Assembly: GCF_008831285.2 (NCBI RefSeq)
Contig: NC_045138.2
Coordinates: forward strand, 43,772,001-43,836,000
Source: Nymphaea colorata
Taxonomy: Eukaryota
Length of the DNA: 64,000 nt
Reading direction: 5' to 3'
In this document: positions 1 through 12,231 of the stretch, in pieces
How positions within the stretch are numbered: position 1 is the stretch's first letter
Layout of the letters: the number at the start of each line of letters is the position of its first letter
Notes under the pieces: generated by a model
Seen by the model: only the letters and a program-made list of their open reading frames with translations
Told to the model about the DNA's origin: nothing
The model's database searches: none
Program-made: the position numbers and the translations under genes

Positions 1-266
1 GGTTGACCCACAAGTGGACCCGATGGGAAGGTCTTATTACAATTGCACCTTAGAGTGGTTTACTAAAAGGTGCTCTAAAGTTTCGCTATTTCCTACAACT
101 AACACAATGTTTCAAACAAAAAAAAAACAACTGTGGTGGATGAAATAACAAAGGTTTCAGACCTACATGGCCACCAATCAATTTGAGATCCTAGAATTTA
201 GTGGGAATTACTAATAAAGGAAGCAATTAGGTGGACAATTCCAACAAAGTTGTGGATGCCATGTAA

Positions 267-3200
267 GAGGAGGATGAAGTTGATGATCTCAAAATGATAG
301 CACATTCAATGCTCAATGCTCTTAAGGTTGCAGTAAAGGCTATGTCTGTCACACCCCGACCTTTTGACACTCAAACATTTTTTTTTTTTTTAAACATAAA
401 ACATCGAGGTGCGACTACTCAACAATTCAAAAATGAAGGAGCCATGCCATTCAAAACAATGGGGCGAACTTTCATTTATGTAATCATTTCCATTCATACA
501 AAATCACATCTATGTATGACAAAAATGCTCCAAACTGTATAATTGATGCCTAACAAAAACAAGACATCAATAAAACCAAAATAAGATGCGCCGACACTAC
601 AAAAGACACATCCCAAAACCTCCCCAGTAGGACGTGAGTGAACCCATCTGCTCAACCTGCTGCCCCTGGTCCACCAAACCTGAAAAAGAAAACAACTGAA
701 GGCTTAGCCTTCGTAGTATGGCAACAAGCCAGGACAATACCAAACCCTTTTAGGTAGGGCTCAAATAAAAGAACAAACACTAAGATCATCTATCATCATG
801 TCGTATCAGGGCACGACACGTAAAAGCCACTCAATGGCCACAGTAACTAACTTTCAAATCACATGCAAGACATGCTTAAACATTTCACTTGCATTTGTAA
901 GCACAACGATCACATGCATCTCAATCACGTACAATCAATCATATACAATACATTTTCATTAACTTCAGTGTATTAACAGTTCCTGTGGGTGCAACACAGG
1001 CACGTGCACACCGCGGGCGGCCTACAGCAGAGAGACAACCCCCGTGGTGGCCCAGAACAATATGGATTCATTTCATTCGCTACAGCGGTAGAGCACTCGT
1101 CCATGACTGTGTGAAGTCCAAGGAGAGATACTCAGCCTTCCCTAGGATACCCAGGTTGGAAAGGCGGGAGCCCAACGTTCCAAGCACAACACACAACAGA
1201 ACTCTGGGGCCTTGCACCGCCTGCGCTCCGAACAGGCGAGACCAATGGCAAAAGCGGGACGTCTCCCAAACACATAGCTACATCCCACTGGCCTCTCATC
1301 TCTTATTCATTCATTCTTATCATTAGATTAACACATTCACAAACTGACTGACTAGCTCATGAGGTTGGTGCACTTCACGAGTGCACCTACACCTCCAATT
1401 GCCTCCACACGAGGTCTACACATAACAATAACAGTCATAGCTAGCCATCATACAATACGGATATGACTACCCTCCAATTCCATTATTTGCATCATTGCCC
1501 GCAGCAATGTGTATGCAACAGAATAAAACATTCACATCATTCATCATATCAATCACATCTTCAAAAAACTTAGCCAAACCACAGAGAGTAGTCTCGATCT
1601 GTGATTGGCTCGTAGCTGTCCTATGCAATTACCATTCTAGGATGCTTTCTAATGCACAATTGGGGTCGAGGAGACACTCGACTCGATACCCCGCCTCATC
1701 TGTCCTAAACAGTTATCAATTCTAGCATGCACATGCAAATGCGTAACATTTTCAAAACAAACTTCTCATAGTCTTTCCAAAACAATTCATATCATATATC
1801 AAAACATCTACATGCATACCCACATTCATTCAATAAACAGTCAATCAATTGCATCACAATCCTAGGATCTCACGACCCTAGGAACACACATTCATACATT
1901 TGCCCCAGGCAGAGATTTGCCTGTAATGCTGCCATACCTGTGGCGTGCTCACAAACTCTTCAAAATGCCTTGAGCTTCGAAACTAGTCACTTGTGTACCT
2001 GCAAACATACACAAGTGGTAAATGACTAAACTCTACACTAGTTTAGATTCACAATCAAAACAAATATAAAACAAAATCATTGAGGCACGCTATTGCCTCA
2101 AGAGGGTATCGAAGGGTAGTGTCGACCCACAAAGCCCTCAAAAGGGTCTCTCCTCAGCCCTAGAGGCTACCTCCAAAGGCTTAAGCTTCGCACCATCGAT
2201 TTGAATCGATCACTAATCCATTTCTCTCTTGCTTCCTTAGTGAAGGTATCTTCCCAACAGGTACCCCTCTTCCTTCCCACACATGCTACCCACGTCGAAA
2301 AAGACGCTCCCAAGCGTTCACAAAGACGGTCCTACACTTCTCCACAACACGACAATCCTAACCGTGCTTCCCTATTACTTCAAAAATTAACCCATCATGT
2401 GCAAATGATCATTATAGCCATGAATCAACACTTCTCCAACATAATCCTACTCTTCCCCCAAAAAGCAAAATCGCTAACATGTGTCCCAAATCATCAATTA
2501 TAGCATGCTTAAACAATAATTATACATGCTCTCATAGATAATATTCAATAATCTAATCTCAAATAGGCCTTGCTCACCCCAATCTAAGTGTCCAAACTGC
2601 TGTGACGCCTCCGACAACCACCTCAAGCGTACAATCGGTCCCCAAATGGCAGAAATTGTGCCAAGCCGCCACCACCAACACCACCTAAACGCTGATACGA
2701 GGGGAAGAACGCGTTCCCCAAACTGGAATCCTAACAAACAGTGATGAAATCCATGAGAAAGAGTGCTCGGTTGGGGAAAAAGGGGAAAAACAAATAGAAA
2801 AAATGGGGAGAGAGCTCACGTAAGGAGTGTGTAGGCAAGGGGAGGCACTGATAGAAAGGGGCGGACAGAAGAGAAAGCGAGGGAAGGAGGGTTCAAACAG
2901 AAATGGGGAAGAAGGGCAGTGAGGGGGAGAGGACGTGAGAGAAGAGAGAGAGCCGGTGGGAGAGTGAGGGTGAGTGAGGAGAGGGACCGTGCGGGAGGGA
3001 GCTAGCGGAAAGGGAAAAGAGAGTGGCGAGAGAGAGGAAGAGAGAACGTGTGGCAGAGACGGCAAGGGAGCATGAGAGTGGCGGAGAGAAAGGAAAACAA
3101 AGCACGAGAGAGAGAAAAAGAGTTTACCCAAGTGTCGCCGCCTCAGTCGCCGTCGTCACCGCCGCTGCCGGCACCACCTCTGTCTTCTTCTTCTTCTCTG

Positions 3201-3475
3201 CGTGGAGCTCCCTAGCAGCAAGAGAGGCAATGAAAGGGGGAGAGCGAGAGGAGGACGAGGGAGAACAGCCCTCGTCGGGCTCTTACGCGGGTAAGCTGTG
3301 GGTCCGGGTCCCGATCCGACCCGACCTGCCCAAAAATATAACGGGCGTTACAATGTCTTTGTCTCCACTTATAGAAGAGCTGATGTGCATGGAAGTCATT
3401 GTAAATGGTCAGCCCCATGATTGCTATGGTGTATACTGATGCTAGGCAGAACTTCGTCTCTAAGCAACATGCGTG
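267..3475 (+). pseudogene. Decayed Ty3/gypsy gag-protease fragment split by solo LTR copy 1
   Basis: Removing 347-3357 joins EEDEVDDLKMIAHSMLNALKVAVKAMS|LSPLIEELMCMEVIVNGQP in frame. After a frameshift it reads MIAMVYTDARQNFVS, a degenerate retropepsin AMVDTGATHNF motif. Confidence 0.6.
347..3352 (-). mobile_element. Ty3/gypsy (Tekay-like) solo LTR, copy 1, 3006 bp
   Basis: Minus-strand termini TGTAACGCCC...GGGGTGTGACA, 5-bp TSD ATGTC (342-346, 3353-3357), no PBS, PPT or pol. Colinear with copies 2-4. Confidence 0.85.
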
Positions 3476-4726
3476 GTATGGCATCTTTGGTGAATGCTTG
3501 TGTGGTGTATGCAAACCATGATGTGGTGGATAATGATCGTGGTGTGCATACTGTGTGTTCATGTGGAAGATGTGGGCGTGTAGCCAATGGAGGCCGAGGT
3601 GCAGCTAGATATGGCTGGCGTTACTCATAGAAAGCGGCATGTTCATAGGCCGGGTGCTTAAGATGTTGGTCGACTGGTGGAGGAGGCTGTCGACGAGGTG
3701 TTGTAATTGCGGGCGCCGTGTGAATGCCTGGCATCGCTTGGTCGGTCACAAACTGCTAAGATGGGTAAAGTTTCGCCGGTTGTGGCCCTGCAATCTGTGG
3801 TTGATGCCGTGGCAAGGAAGAAGCCAACGTGGGAAGGGTCCGCGGCCGGCCAAATGTGCTAGGCTTGGCCGAGGTTGGGCCTTCCACGTTTGGTCTACTG
3901 CCCTCCAGTGTTGACTGTGCTGTGGCAGCCGGCGGATCAGTGATGGCTTCAGTGCCAGCTATGCCCGCAAAAGCTCCAAAATGGGTGCTACGGCTTGCTG
4001 GACCTATGCGGCGATGTTCAACGTGGGTGCAGTAAGGACCTGCTATCTCTGTAAAGATGCCATCTAAGCACTGTTGCAATTGGGCCAACGTGTTGCACAT
4101 TTCTTCCACAGAAGCAATCAACGACTAGATCTGTACCTTTACACTCTTTATACGCAAAGTCTGCCAGGTCATAGGGTAGTTAGCATGCAAAATAACTCTA
4201 GTACCACTTGATGCATGTCTTCCTCGCTAGCTGAGGATCTCTTGCATGCATCTAGCCTTTCACTGGTCTTAAGATGTACAACGTGCCTATCCACATACAA
4301 TCCCGACCAATGGATACCTGATTACAACTTATCACCCTCAATGCTATGCTCGCCACAAGGAAGATTCTCACGGTGCTGCCCGTGCTCTCTATCTATCCCA
4401 CGCCTCGGCACCCAGATCTAGCCATCAAGGATCAGATCTAGGCTGAACCCCATGCTGACCTTAGATCGGGCATGCTGATTACTATCGAGTATGCCTTCGC
4501 ATCCCCGATGGCAAGCAGTCGCTCTCGAATGCAGGCTTGCCATCTATCTCAGCCTCAGCCTTGGATAGCCAGCCGCATTTGTCGGCCAGCGTGCTCGTCA
4601 GGCCACTCCTCAGCCAACCGCCCTACTGCATGTAATCAGCAGCCCTCGACAATCTCAGTTATTTGCTATCATGACGCGCTAGCTAGGTGCAGACCGCCTT
4701 CCTTTTGCCTGCCTTAGTCTCAAGCC

Positions 4727-5940
4727 TAGGGCTGTTTACAAGCCAAGTTTGAGCTGAGCTGAGTCTGCTCAAACTCGGCTCTAGTATTTTAGACCAATGT
4801 TTTCCGTATCGTACGATACAGACGCGTATAGGTCGAAGAAACCTATACGATACGTGTTTGATAAGCGATACGCATCCGTATCGTACGAGTATCGTCCGTA
4901 TTATGCGATACGGGGGCCGTATCGCATGATACGTGCGATACACCCCCGTATCGTACGATACGGGTTAAAACACATTTTTTTTTATTTTTGAAAGTTTAAA
5001 CACTCCTCCCTCTCTCTCTTCTTATATTTAAAGACTCCAAGAGAAGTAGGAGGGAGAGATTTTGCTCATTTTCATAAAAAATAACCGAGGATTCATTGAT
5101 TTGAGAGATATTATCGTTGAATCATGAAAGATGATAACTATATGTTTTAAACTGTGATGTAATCTAAGTCCTAAAACTCCAAGTCTTAAGGCTCTAAGTC
5201 CTAAGATTCTATAAAATTTTCAAGTTTAAAATTGTGATAGATGCTTATTATGTTATTTTGTATATCTAATTTCTTATTTTTGAATGTGTTGTTGATAATT
5301 TGATATACATGAATGTTTCTTATGGATGATGATCTTTTTTATATTTGAATACTTTTTTCTTGATTTCTATTTTTTTGTTCATTTTTTCAGATTTTTAATG
5401 TTTTTTCTCTATTTTTTCAGATTTTTAAATATTTTTTAAAATTAAAAAATTAATTTTACGATACGCTACGCTACGTTTGCGATACGGCGTATAGGTCGGC
5501 CCGACCGATACATGATACGCTACGCCTTTTATAACATTGTTTTAGACAAAACTCAAACTCGGCTCGAGCAGCTTGATTAAACTCAAGTTGACGAGTTTGA
5601 GCTGCGCCAAGCATTTTATTAAAATATTTTATTTGTAAAAGAAAAGGCAGTATGGGAACTTTATCACTAAACCTCACGTTTGCTAGCCAAGGTACAAACT
5701 GAGGTGAACAATCTACTTTTTCTGTAAACATTATTAGACATATTATATGTATTTTCTTTGTCGAGCTTAACCGAGTTTAACGGAGCCGAGCCCACTTAAC
5801 TTGAACTCGACTCATTTACATGATCGAGTTGATTTCTTAACTCGAACTTGATTCGTTTATTAAATGAGTTGGGCTTGAGTTGAGTTTGTCGAGCGAGTTC
5901 GAGATGACATCAAGTTAGCTCGACTCATTCAACAGCCCTA
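4727..5940. mobile_element. hAT-type MITE (outer) with CGAGC/GCTCG subterminal repeats
   Basis: TIR TAGGGCTGTT/AACAGCCCTA, 8-bp TSD CTCAAGCC (4719-4726, 5941-5948). Confidence 0.88.
4795..5539. mobile_element. hAT-type MITE nested in 4727-5940, with CGATAC subterminal repeats
   Basis: TIR CAATGTT/AACATTG, 8-bp TSD TTTTAGAC (4787-4794, 5540-5547). Confidence 0.88.
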
Positions 5941-6662
5941 CTCAAGCCTGGCCACCTGTCCAGCTTGGTGCCAGCCGCGGGACTGCGTCCCTTGCGCCAG
6001 CCAAACCTTGACCGCAGCCTCCCTCGGCCTAGCCGAGTGCAGCCTATCCTGGCTGTAGCCTAGTTGCCAGCCAGCCCTCACACCGAACTTGACCCCGGCC
6101 TTGTTCGGCGGAGCCTCCTGCGACCAGTAGTCGTATAGCCCCGTTGAGTGGCAAAAGCACCCAAAAAGGACTAGTTTGAGGCATCAACCTGGGGACCCAT
6201 CTGTCACTCAGGGCTCACGGCTGCCAAGCCCAGCTCTTTCCCAGCCTGGCTATGGCAACCACTCGGCCTAGGCGACTGGGATCTTCCCCTTCCTTGTTCT
6301 CTATCTCCCTCTCTCTCGTTGGCTTGTTCACACACTACACGTCTAACCTGCATACTGACAAATTTACAGGAAATGATGTTCATATATATCCAAGTTTAAT
6401 TGCTACCTTGTGCCTTTTTGGGTGCTTTGGGATGCTGAAAAACAATGCTGTAGGATGATGCCAAATCAGTTACTTGGGACATTTTTGTGTGGGGTTATTA
6501 CAAGTGATACCTTATTTACATAGATAATATTGCAATATGTTTGCATGTTAGTTTGCCCTACTAATTTTTTAGAAAGTTTTACTTGTAAGAGATTTGTTTC
6601 GGAATGATCATCTCAATCTGAAAAGAAATGTATTTTCTTGCCTTGCTGTTATGGGAAGGAAG

Positions 6663-6762
6663 CCATGCATATAATAAGGGAAGAACATTTGTCGTAAGCA
6701 AGTTGCCTTTGCCAAACTATCGAGTAGACTTGGACGACCGGCATGGATCTACAAGGAAAGAG
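6663..6762 (+). CDS. DExH1: DExH-box RNA helicase (DHX36/DExH1-like), internal exon: (F)HAYNKGRTFVVSKLPLPNYRVDLDDRHGSTRKE
   Basis: Translation matches the plant DExH1 N-terminal motif HAYNKG..VVSK.PLP.YR.DLD.RHGST. AG at 6661-6662, GT at 6763-6764. The acceptor is purine-rich, so the exact start is slightly uncertain. Confidence 0.85.
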
Positions 6763-6832
6763 GTAAAGCATAATGGTTGCAGATGTATTAGAACTAGAAA
6801 TTTTTCATGTTAATATTCCTTGTTCTTTGCAG

Positions 6833-7045
6833 ATTAACATGTCTACAGAGACTGCAAGAAGAGTTGATTGTCTTTTGGGTAGCTCTTCAAAAGCACCTCA
6901 GAATGATGAGTCTCAGAATGTTTCTACTCAAAGAAGCATGCAGTCTTCCACTTTTGCTGCAACGAAATCCAGTAGCACAGCTGCAAGGGACATTGCAAGG
7001 GAGACGGCTAATAATGATCTACGAGAAAAGCTACAACTCCTGAAG
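6833..7045 (+). CDS. DExH1: DExH1-like exon: INMSTETARRV...LREKLQLLK
   Basis: tttgcAG|ATT acceptor, AAG|GTTTG donor, 213 nt, continues the frame of the previous exon. Confidence 0.85.
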
Positions 7046-7338
7046 GTTTGCATCTCTTTCTCTTACACAGAATGAAATGCACATTGTGAGCATGTGCTTT
7101 ACTTACGACCTATGGAACCTGTCTCATTTTCTCTTTGGGACCTGTCTCGAAATGTCACATTGGGTTTTAGGTATGGTATTCTAGTTTGTCTTCACCTGCA
7201 CATTTGCTTTCATGCCTCAAGATTAGTTATTTTTGTCTTTTCGTTTGTTCATGCTGCGTTTTTCTGACTTATAGAAACAATGCATTGTGGACTATGAGAG
7301 TTTATTTGACATTTCTCCATTTTGATTTTTACACTCAG

Positions 7339-7434
7339 GCAGCCCCTGCTTATAGAGCTATGCAGTCTTTTCGGGAGAAGTTGCCTGCTTACAATGTGAG
7401 GACTGAATTTCTAAAAGTAGTCGCAGCAAACCAG
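7339..7434 (+). CDS. DExH1: DExH1-like exon: AAPAYRAMQSFREKLPAY...VAANQ
   Basis: FREKLPA motif that precedes motif I in DHX36-family helicases. cAG|GCA and CAG|GTCAGT, 96 nt. Confidence 0.92.
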
Positions 7435-8057
7435 GTCAGTAACTTCTCTTTTTGTGGGCTCTGTCATGCCCTGAGAGAAATGAAGGGGCATGCCTAAGGT
7501 GTGAGTTGCGTGACCTGTTGTTTGTTCATCTCTCACTATCGGGCCTATATATAGTCTTACATGAACAACGTAATAGTGATATTAAAAGACAAGGAATATG
7601 AACATTTCATACCATCTAAAAATAACTTATTCGGTTAAGTATTTGTAGGTGCAGAAGTTTAATTTCTTCTCTTGACATATTTGCATCAGCATCTGAAACC
7701 TTGATTCTCTGAAAGCTTACCTTGGAAAAACTAGAAGATATTTAGTGATTTGACAATGTTTGGGCAAATAAATGCTGTTTTAGCAATTAGAGTCCAAATA
7801 GTTACTAGAAAAGTATAGGGTACAACTTGTCAAAATCCAAAGTCGCCAGTCAGAGGCAGATCCTTCATGACTCCAAAAGACTAGTCAGGAGAAGTTAGTC
7901 TGAGTTGGTTCAAGTTGATTGACAAAAATAAATGATACATATATTTGCGTCAAATACTGACTGTATGTGTGTGGTTCATCACACTACCATCGATTAATAT
8001 AAACAATGAATATATGTGTTTATTTTCGTAAAATCTGGTTCTTGATGTGTATATGTA

Positions 8058-8154
<97 letters not shown>
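8058..8154. repeat. Compound (AAAT)n-(AT)n microsatellite
   Basis: Direct reading. Confidence 0.95.
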
Positions 8155-8156
<2 letters not shown>

Positions 8157-8736
8157 ATTTTTGATGCTTCAACCTGCACCATATGCCATAGATTCATGTA
8201 GGACCTTTTGATTACTTGCAACAAATTTTCTAGTTGAAAGGATCGCATCAGTATGCTCATCTTCTCCAGAAGGGCCTGCTCATCAATAAGGTTGTCCTGG
8301 TTTCTACTATCGGTTCAAATGTTAACTTGTACGGTGCCAAAATATATTGTACAAATCTATGTTAGAAAGAAATGTCTTTCATTACAAAATATATTCCTTT
8401 GTGTAGATTTGTTTGAAATTGATTTTCTGAAAGGATTTTGTAGTTCATCTAATAACCAAAAAATTTCATTTCATCTGCTGCTCAATTGAGGAACTTTCAC
8501 TAAATATCAAATTTTTGAAGGAGGTCATAGAATGCTCCCTTTCTCTAATGTAAATGTCAAAAGCCTGCTCTCTTTGCTTTTCTTTTTTGGCTATATCTTT
8601 TTCAAAGTTATATGTAAAGTTGCTGTCATTGACTTTCTATTTCCAAAATAGCAATGAATTATCCATGGGCTGTCATACAAGTAAAGGGAGTATCTTTTTC
8701 TTCCTGTCCTTACCGCTCTTATTTGCTTTTCTGCAG

Positions 8737-9012
8737 GTCCTAGTAGTTTCTGGTGAGACTGGCTGTGGCAAAACTACACAGTTGCCACAGTTTATCCTAG
8801 AAGCAGAAATTGACTCTTTCCGTGGGATGAGCTGTAATATAATATGTACACAGCCACGCCGTATATCTGCTATATCTGTTGCTGCACGTATTTCAACTGA
8901 AAGAGGTGAAGACCTCGGTGAAACTGTGGGCTACCAGATCCGCTTGGAAGCAAAGCGTTCTGCTCAAACACAGCTTCTATTTTGTACAACTGGCGTCCTT
9001 CTTCGTCGCCTA
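8737..9012 (+). CDS. DExH1: DExH1-like exon with helicase motifs I, Ia, Ib ([30 protein letters not shown])
   Basis: Walker A and TQPRR motifs, tgcAG|GTC and CTA|GTAAT, 276 nt. Confidence 0.96.
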
Positions 9013-9356
9013 GTAATAAGCTCTCTCTCTCTCTCTCTATTTCCACTGAATAGTTCGAATGCATAGGCTCATACTAAAGTAAATATATGTTCTGGTTATC
9101 TCCTATAAGTTGGGCCGCTTCTTGAGGGTTTTTTTTTCTTTCCTTTTGATGAAAATGAAATATAAAAACCGCCAGCAAACACAAAGGTTGGATGTGTTCC
9201 TTCTGTAAGATATGAATTATGTTGAATAGAGAAAGCAAGCACAAAGAATGCAGATGTAACGTGGAAAAACCTCGACACGAGGAAAAAAAAACCACGATTA
9301 GAGAGGATTCCAGTGCTCACCAGCTGCTGGTCACTCTTTCTCTTAATTCTCATTGT

Positions 9357-9404
<48 letters not shown>

Positions 9405-9409
9405 GAGGA

Positions 9410-9452
<43 letters not shown>

Positions 9453-12231
9453 CTGCACGATCTAATTCATTAAGCTGCCCACTTCTCATGTTAAATGAGA
9501 ATTAGGGTAAAAAGAAGAAATTACAAAAACAGTCCAAGACTGGAACAACTATTAATGAAAGCTGTTAATACAACTTTTAAATATTCAAAAGACCACCTAT
9601 TATAAATGTTATTAAACACTCCCCCTCAAGCTGGAGCGTAGATGTTAATCGTGCTCAGTTTGTTACAACATCTAGAGAACTCTGCAATAGGCAACGCTTT
9701 AGTAAAGATATCAGCCGTTTGATCATCTGAGGCTACATGTATAGTGGGGATGATTCCCCTTTGAACCATATCACGAATATGATGACAATCTACTTCAATG
9801 TGCTTTGTCCTCTCATGAAATACGGGATTATTGGCAATGTAGGTGGCAACTCTGTTATCACAAAACATTTTCATAGGCAAAGACGTTGGAATACTGAGAC
9901 TCTCAAGTAGGGATCTAGACCAAGTCATTTCGGCAGCAGTTTGAGCCATCACACGATATTCTGACTCTGCACTAGACCTAGAAACAACACTTTGTTTCTT
10001 ACTCCTCCAGGAAATGAGATTTCCTCCCACAAACATACAAAACCCTGTGGTAGACTTATTGTCATCAATTGAGCCTGCATAATCTGCATCACTATAAGCT
10101 TCAACATCCAGAGATGTACCTTTTTTGAAGAAAAGGCCTTTGCCAGGGGAGGACTTCAAATATTTGACAATCAACATAGCTGCATCCCAATGTGATTGTT
10201 TTGGTTTTTCCAGGAATTGGTTTGATTTTTCCACGACAAAGCTAATATCTGGTCGAGTCACTGTCACATAAAGAAGCTTACCAATCAACGACCTGTAGGC
10301 TTGTGAAGCTACCTCTTTCGAGTCATCCTCATATAGATGCGTGGATTCATAGGAAGAGTTGCTGGTTTAGCTCCTAGCATCCCTGTGTCTTGTAAAGGAT
10401 CAAGAACATACTTCCTTTGCGACAACACAACTCCTTCCTTGTTACGAGCAACTTTGATGCCAAGAAAATACCGTAGCTGACCAAGATCTTTGGTAACAAA
10501 GTGTTTTTGCAAAAACTGCTTTGTTAGAGCTACCTCCTGCCCACATTCATCTGCCAAAACAAAATCATCAACATACACCACTAGCACAACTGTACCTCTA
10601 GATCATTTCTTGATGAACAATGAATGGTTCAGATGAGACCTCGTAAAGCCACATTCTAACACCACTTCAGAGAATTTGTGAAACCAAGCACGAGGACTTT
10701 GTTTCAATCCATAGATAGCTTTCTTCAACCCACACACCTTACCACACTCCCCCTGACGTTCAAAGCCAGGGGGTTGCTGCATGTAAACAGTCTCATCAAG
10801 ATCCCCATATAAGAAAACATTTTTGACATCCAACTGATACAAAAGCCAATCATAATGCACTGCGACTGACACAAGAAGACGTATGGTCCCCATCCTAGCT
10901 ACAAGCGAGAAAGTCTCAAAGAAATCAACACCATATGTTTGTGTATACCTTTTGGCTAGAAGATGAGCTTTGTAGCGTTACACTGAGCCATTGGATAAAT
11001 ACTTTATGGTGAAAACCCATTTGGAGCCAACGACATCACAACCAGATGGAGGATCAACCAAGTCCCATGTCCCTCGTTGCAGTAGAGTCTCCATCTCATC
11101 CTGCATAGCTTGCCGCCACTTCGGGTCAAGTAATGCCTGTTGGTGACTAGAGGGAACAAAGTGCACTGACAAGGCTGACACGAACTGTTGCAGGCTACCC
11201 CCAATATTATCAGTAGAAACAAACTGAGATATAGGATGAAGAGTACACTGTTGTTTGCTTTTGCGAAGAGCTATGGGAAGGTCATCAGCCCTATCAGAGC
11301 CATGAGTGCCATAATCTAGGTTTTCATGAGAGCTTACCTCCTGAGGAGACATTGGTGGAGAGACAGTAGGAGCCTTATGTCGACGGATATAAGTTTGTGG
11401 AGGATCCATAAAGCAACTATTGGAGGGAGAAACAAACTCAAGGTAAGAAGGAACCGACTCCAATGGGATGGGAGGAATGGGAAGAGGAACAGAAGGTGAC
11501 ACCTGTTGTGGAGGACAAGAGGGGATGTAATCATGTAATAAGGTTGAGACTCAAAGAAGGTAACATCCGCACTGATAAATTTCTTATGAGTTAAGGGATC
11601 AAAACACTTGTAGCCTTTTTGATGGGAAGGATAGCCAATGAAAACATACTTGATGGACTGAGCTGCAAGTTTATCCCTGTGTGGGCCCAGAACATGAACA
11701 AAACAAGTACAACCAAACACCTTTGGAGGAAGATGAAATAATGGTCGATTGGGAAACATTCTTTGGATGAGAATTTCATTTTGAATAGCTGAGGATGGTA
11801 AACGATTGATCAGGTAACAAGCAGTAAGTATGACATCTCCCCAAAAACCCGTAGGGAGATGAGAGTGCAACATAAGAGTATGAGCCATGTCTAGAAGTTG
11901 ACAATGTTTTCTCTCAGCAACCCCATTTTGTTGGGACGTGTGAGGACATGTAAACTGTACCATGATTGTGCTAAAATTGCATTAAGTTGGAGGCTTTGAA
12001 CTCTAAGGCATTATCAGTGCGAATGCATTTGACAGTAGAAGAAAATTGAGTCTTTATTTCTAGAATGAAATTTTTGAGAATACATATGACATCAGACCTC
12101 TCTTTCATCAAAAACACCCAACTAACTCTAGAATAATCATCAAATGACCAGGTAATAACGAAACTTAGACCTACTAGCAACCCGACTAGGCCCCCACACA
12201 TCAACATGAAGAAGATCAAAAACACTCTGAC

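Noticed and set aside
985..1326. Recurrent ORF GATQARAHRGRPTAERQPPWW in all solo-LTR copies
   Set aside because: Starts, frames and stops differ among copies. The similarity reflects nucleotide conservation of a repeat, not a protein.
347..3352. Retrozyme or hammerhead ribozyme in the solo LTRs
   Set aside because: No CTGANGA...GAAA core with proper flanking stems was seen, and the size does not fit.
4795..5539. CRISPR-like periodic CGATAC/GTATCG repeats
   Set aside because: Short irregular subterminal repeats of a hAT MITE in eukaryotic DNA, with no repeat-spacer structure.
3480..6360. Possible minus-strand gypsy gag/LTR relic (ORF 3756-4121, possible terminus at 6360)
   Set aside because: No recognisable domain motif, PBS or TSD could be confirmed by eye.
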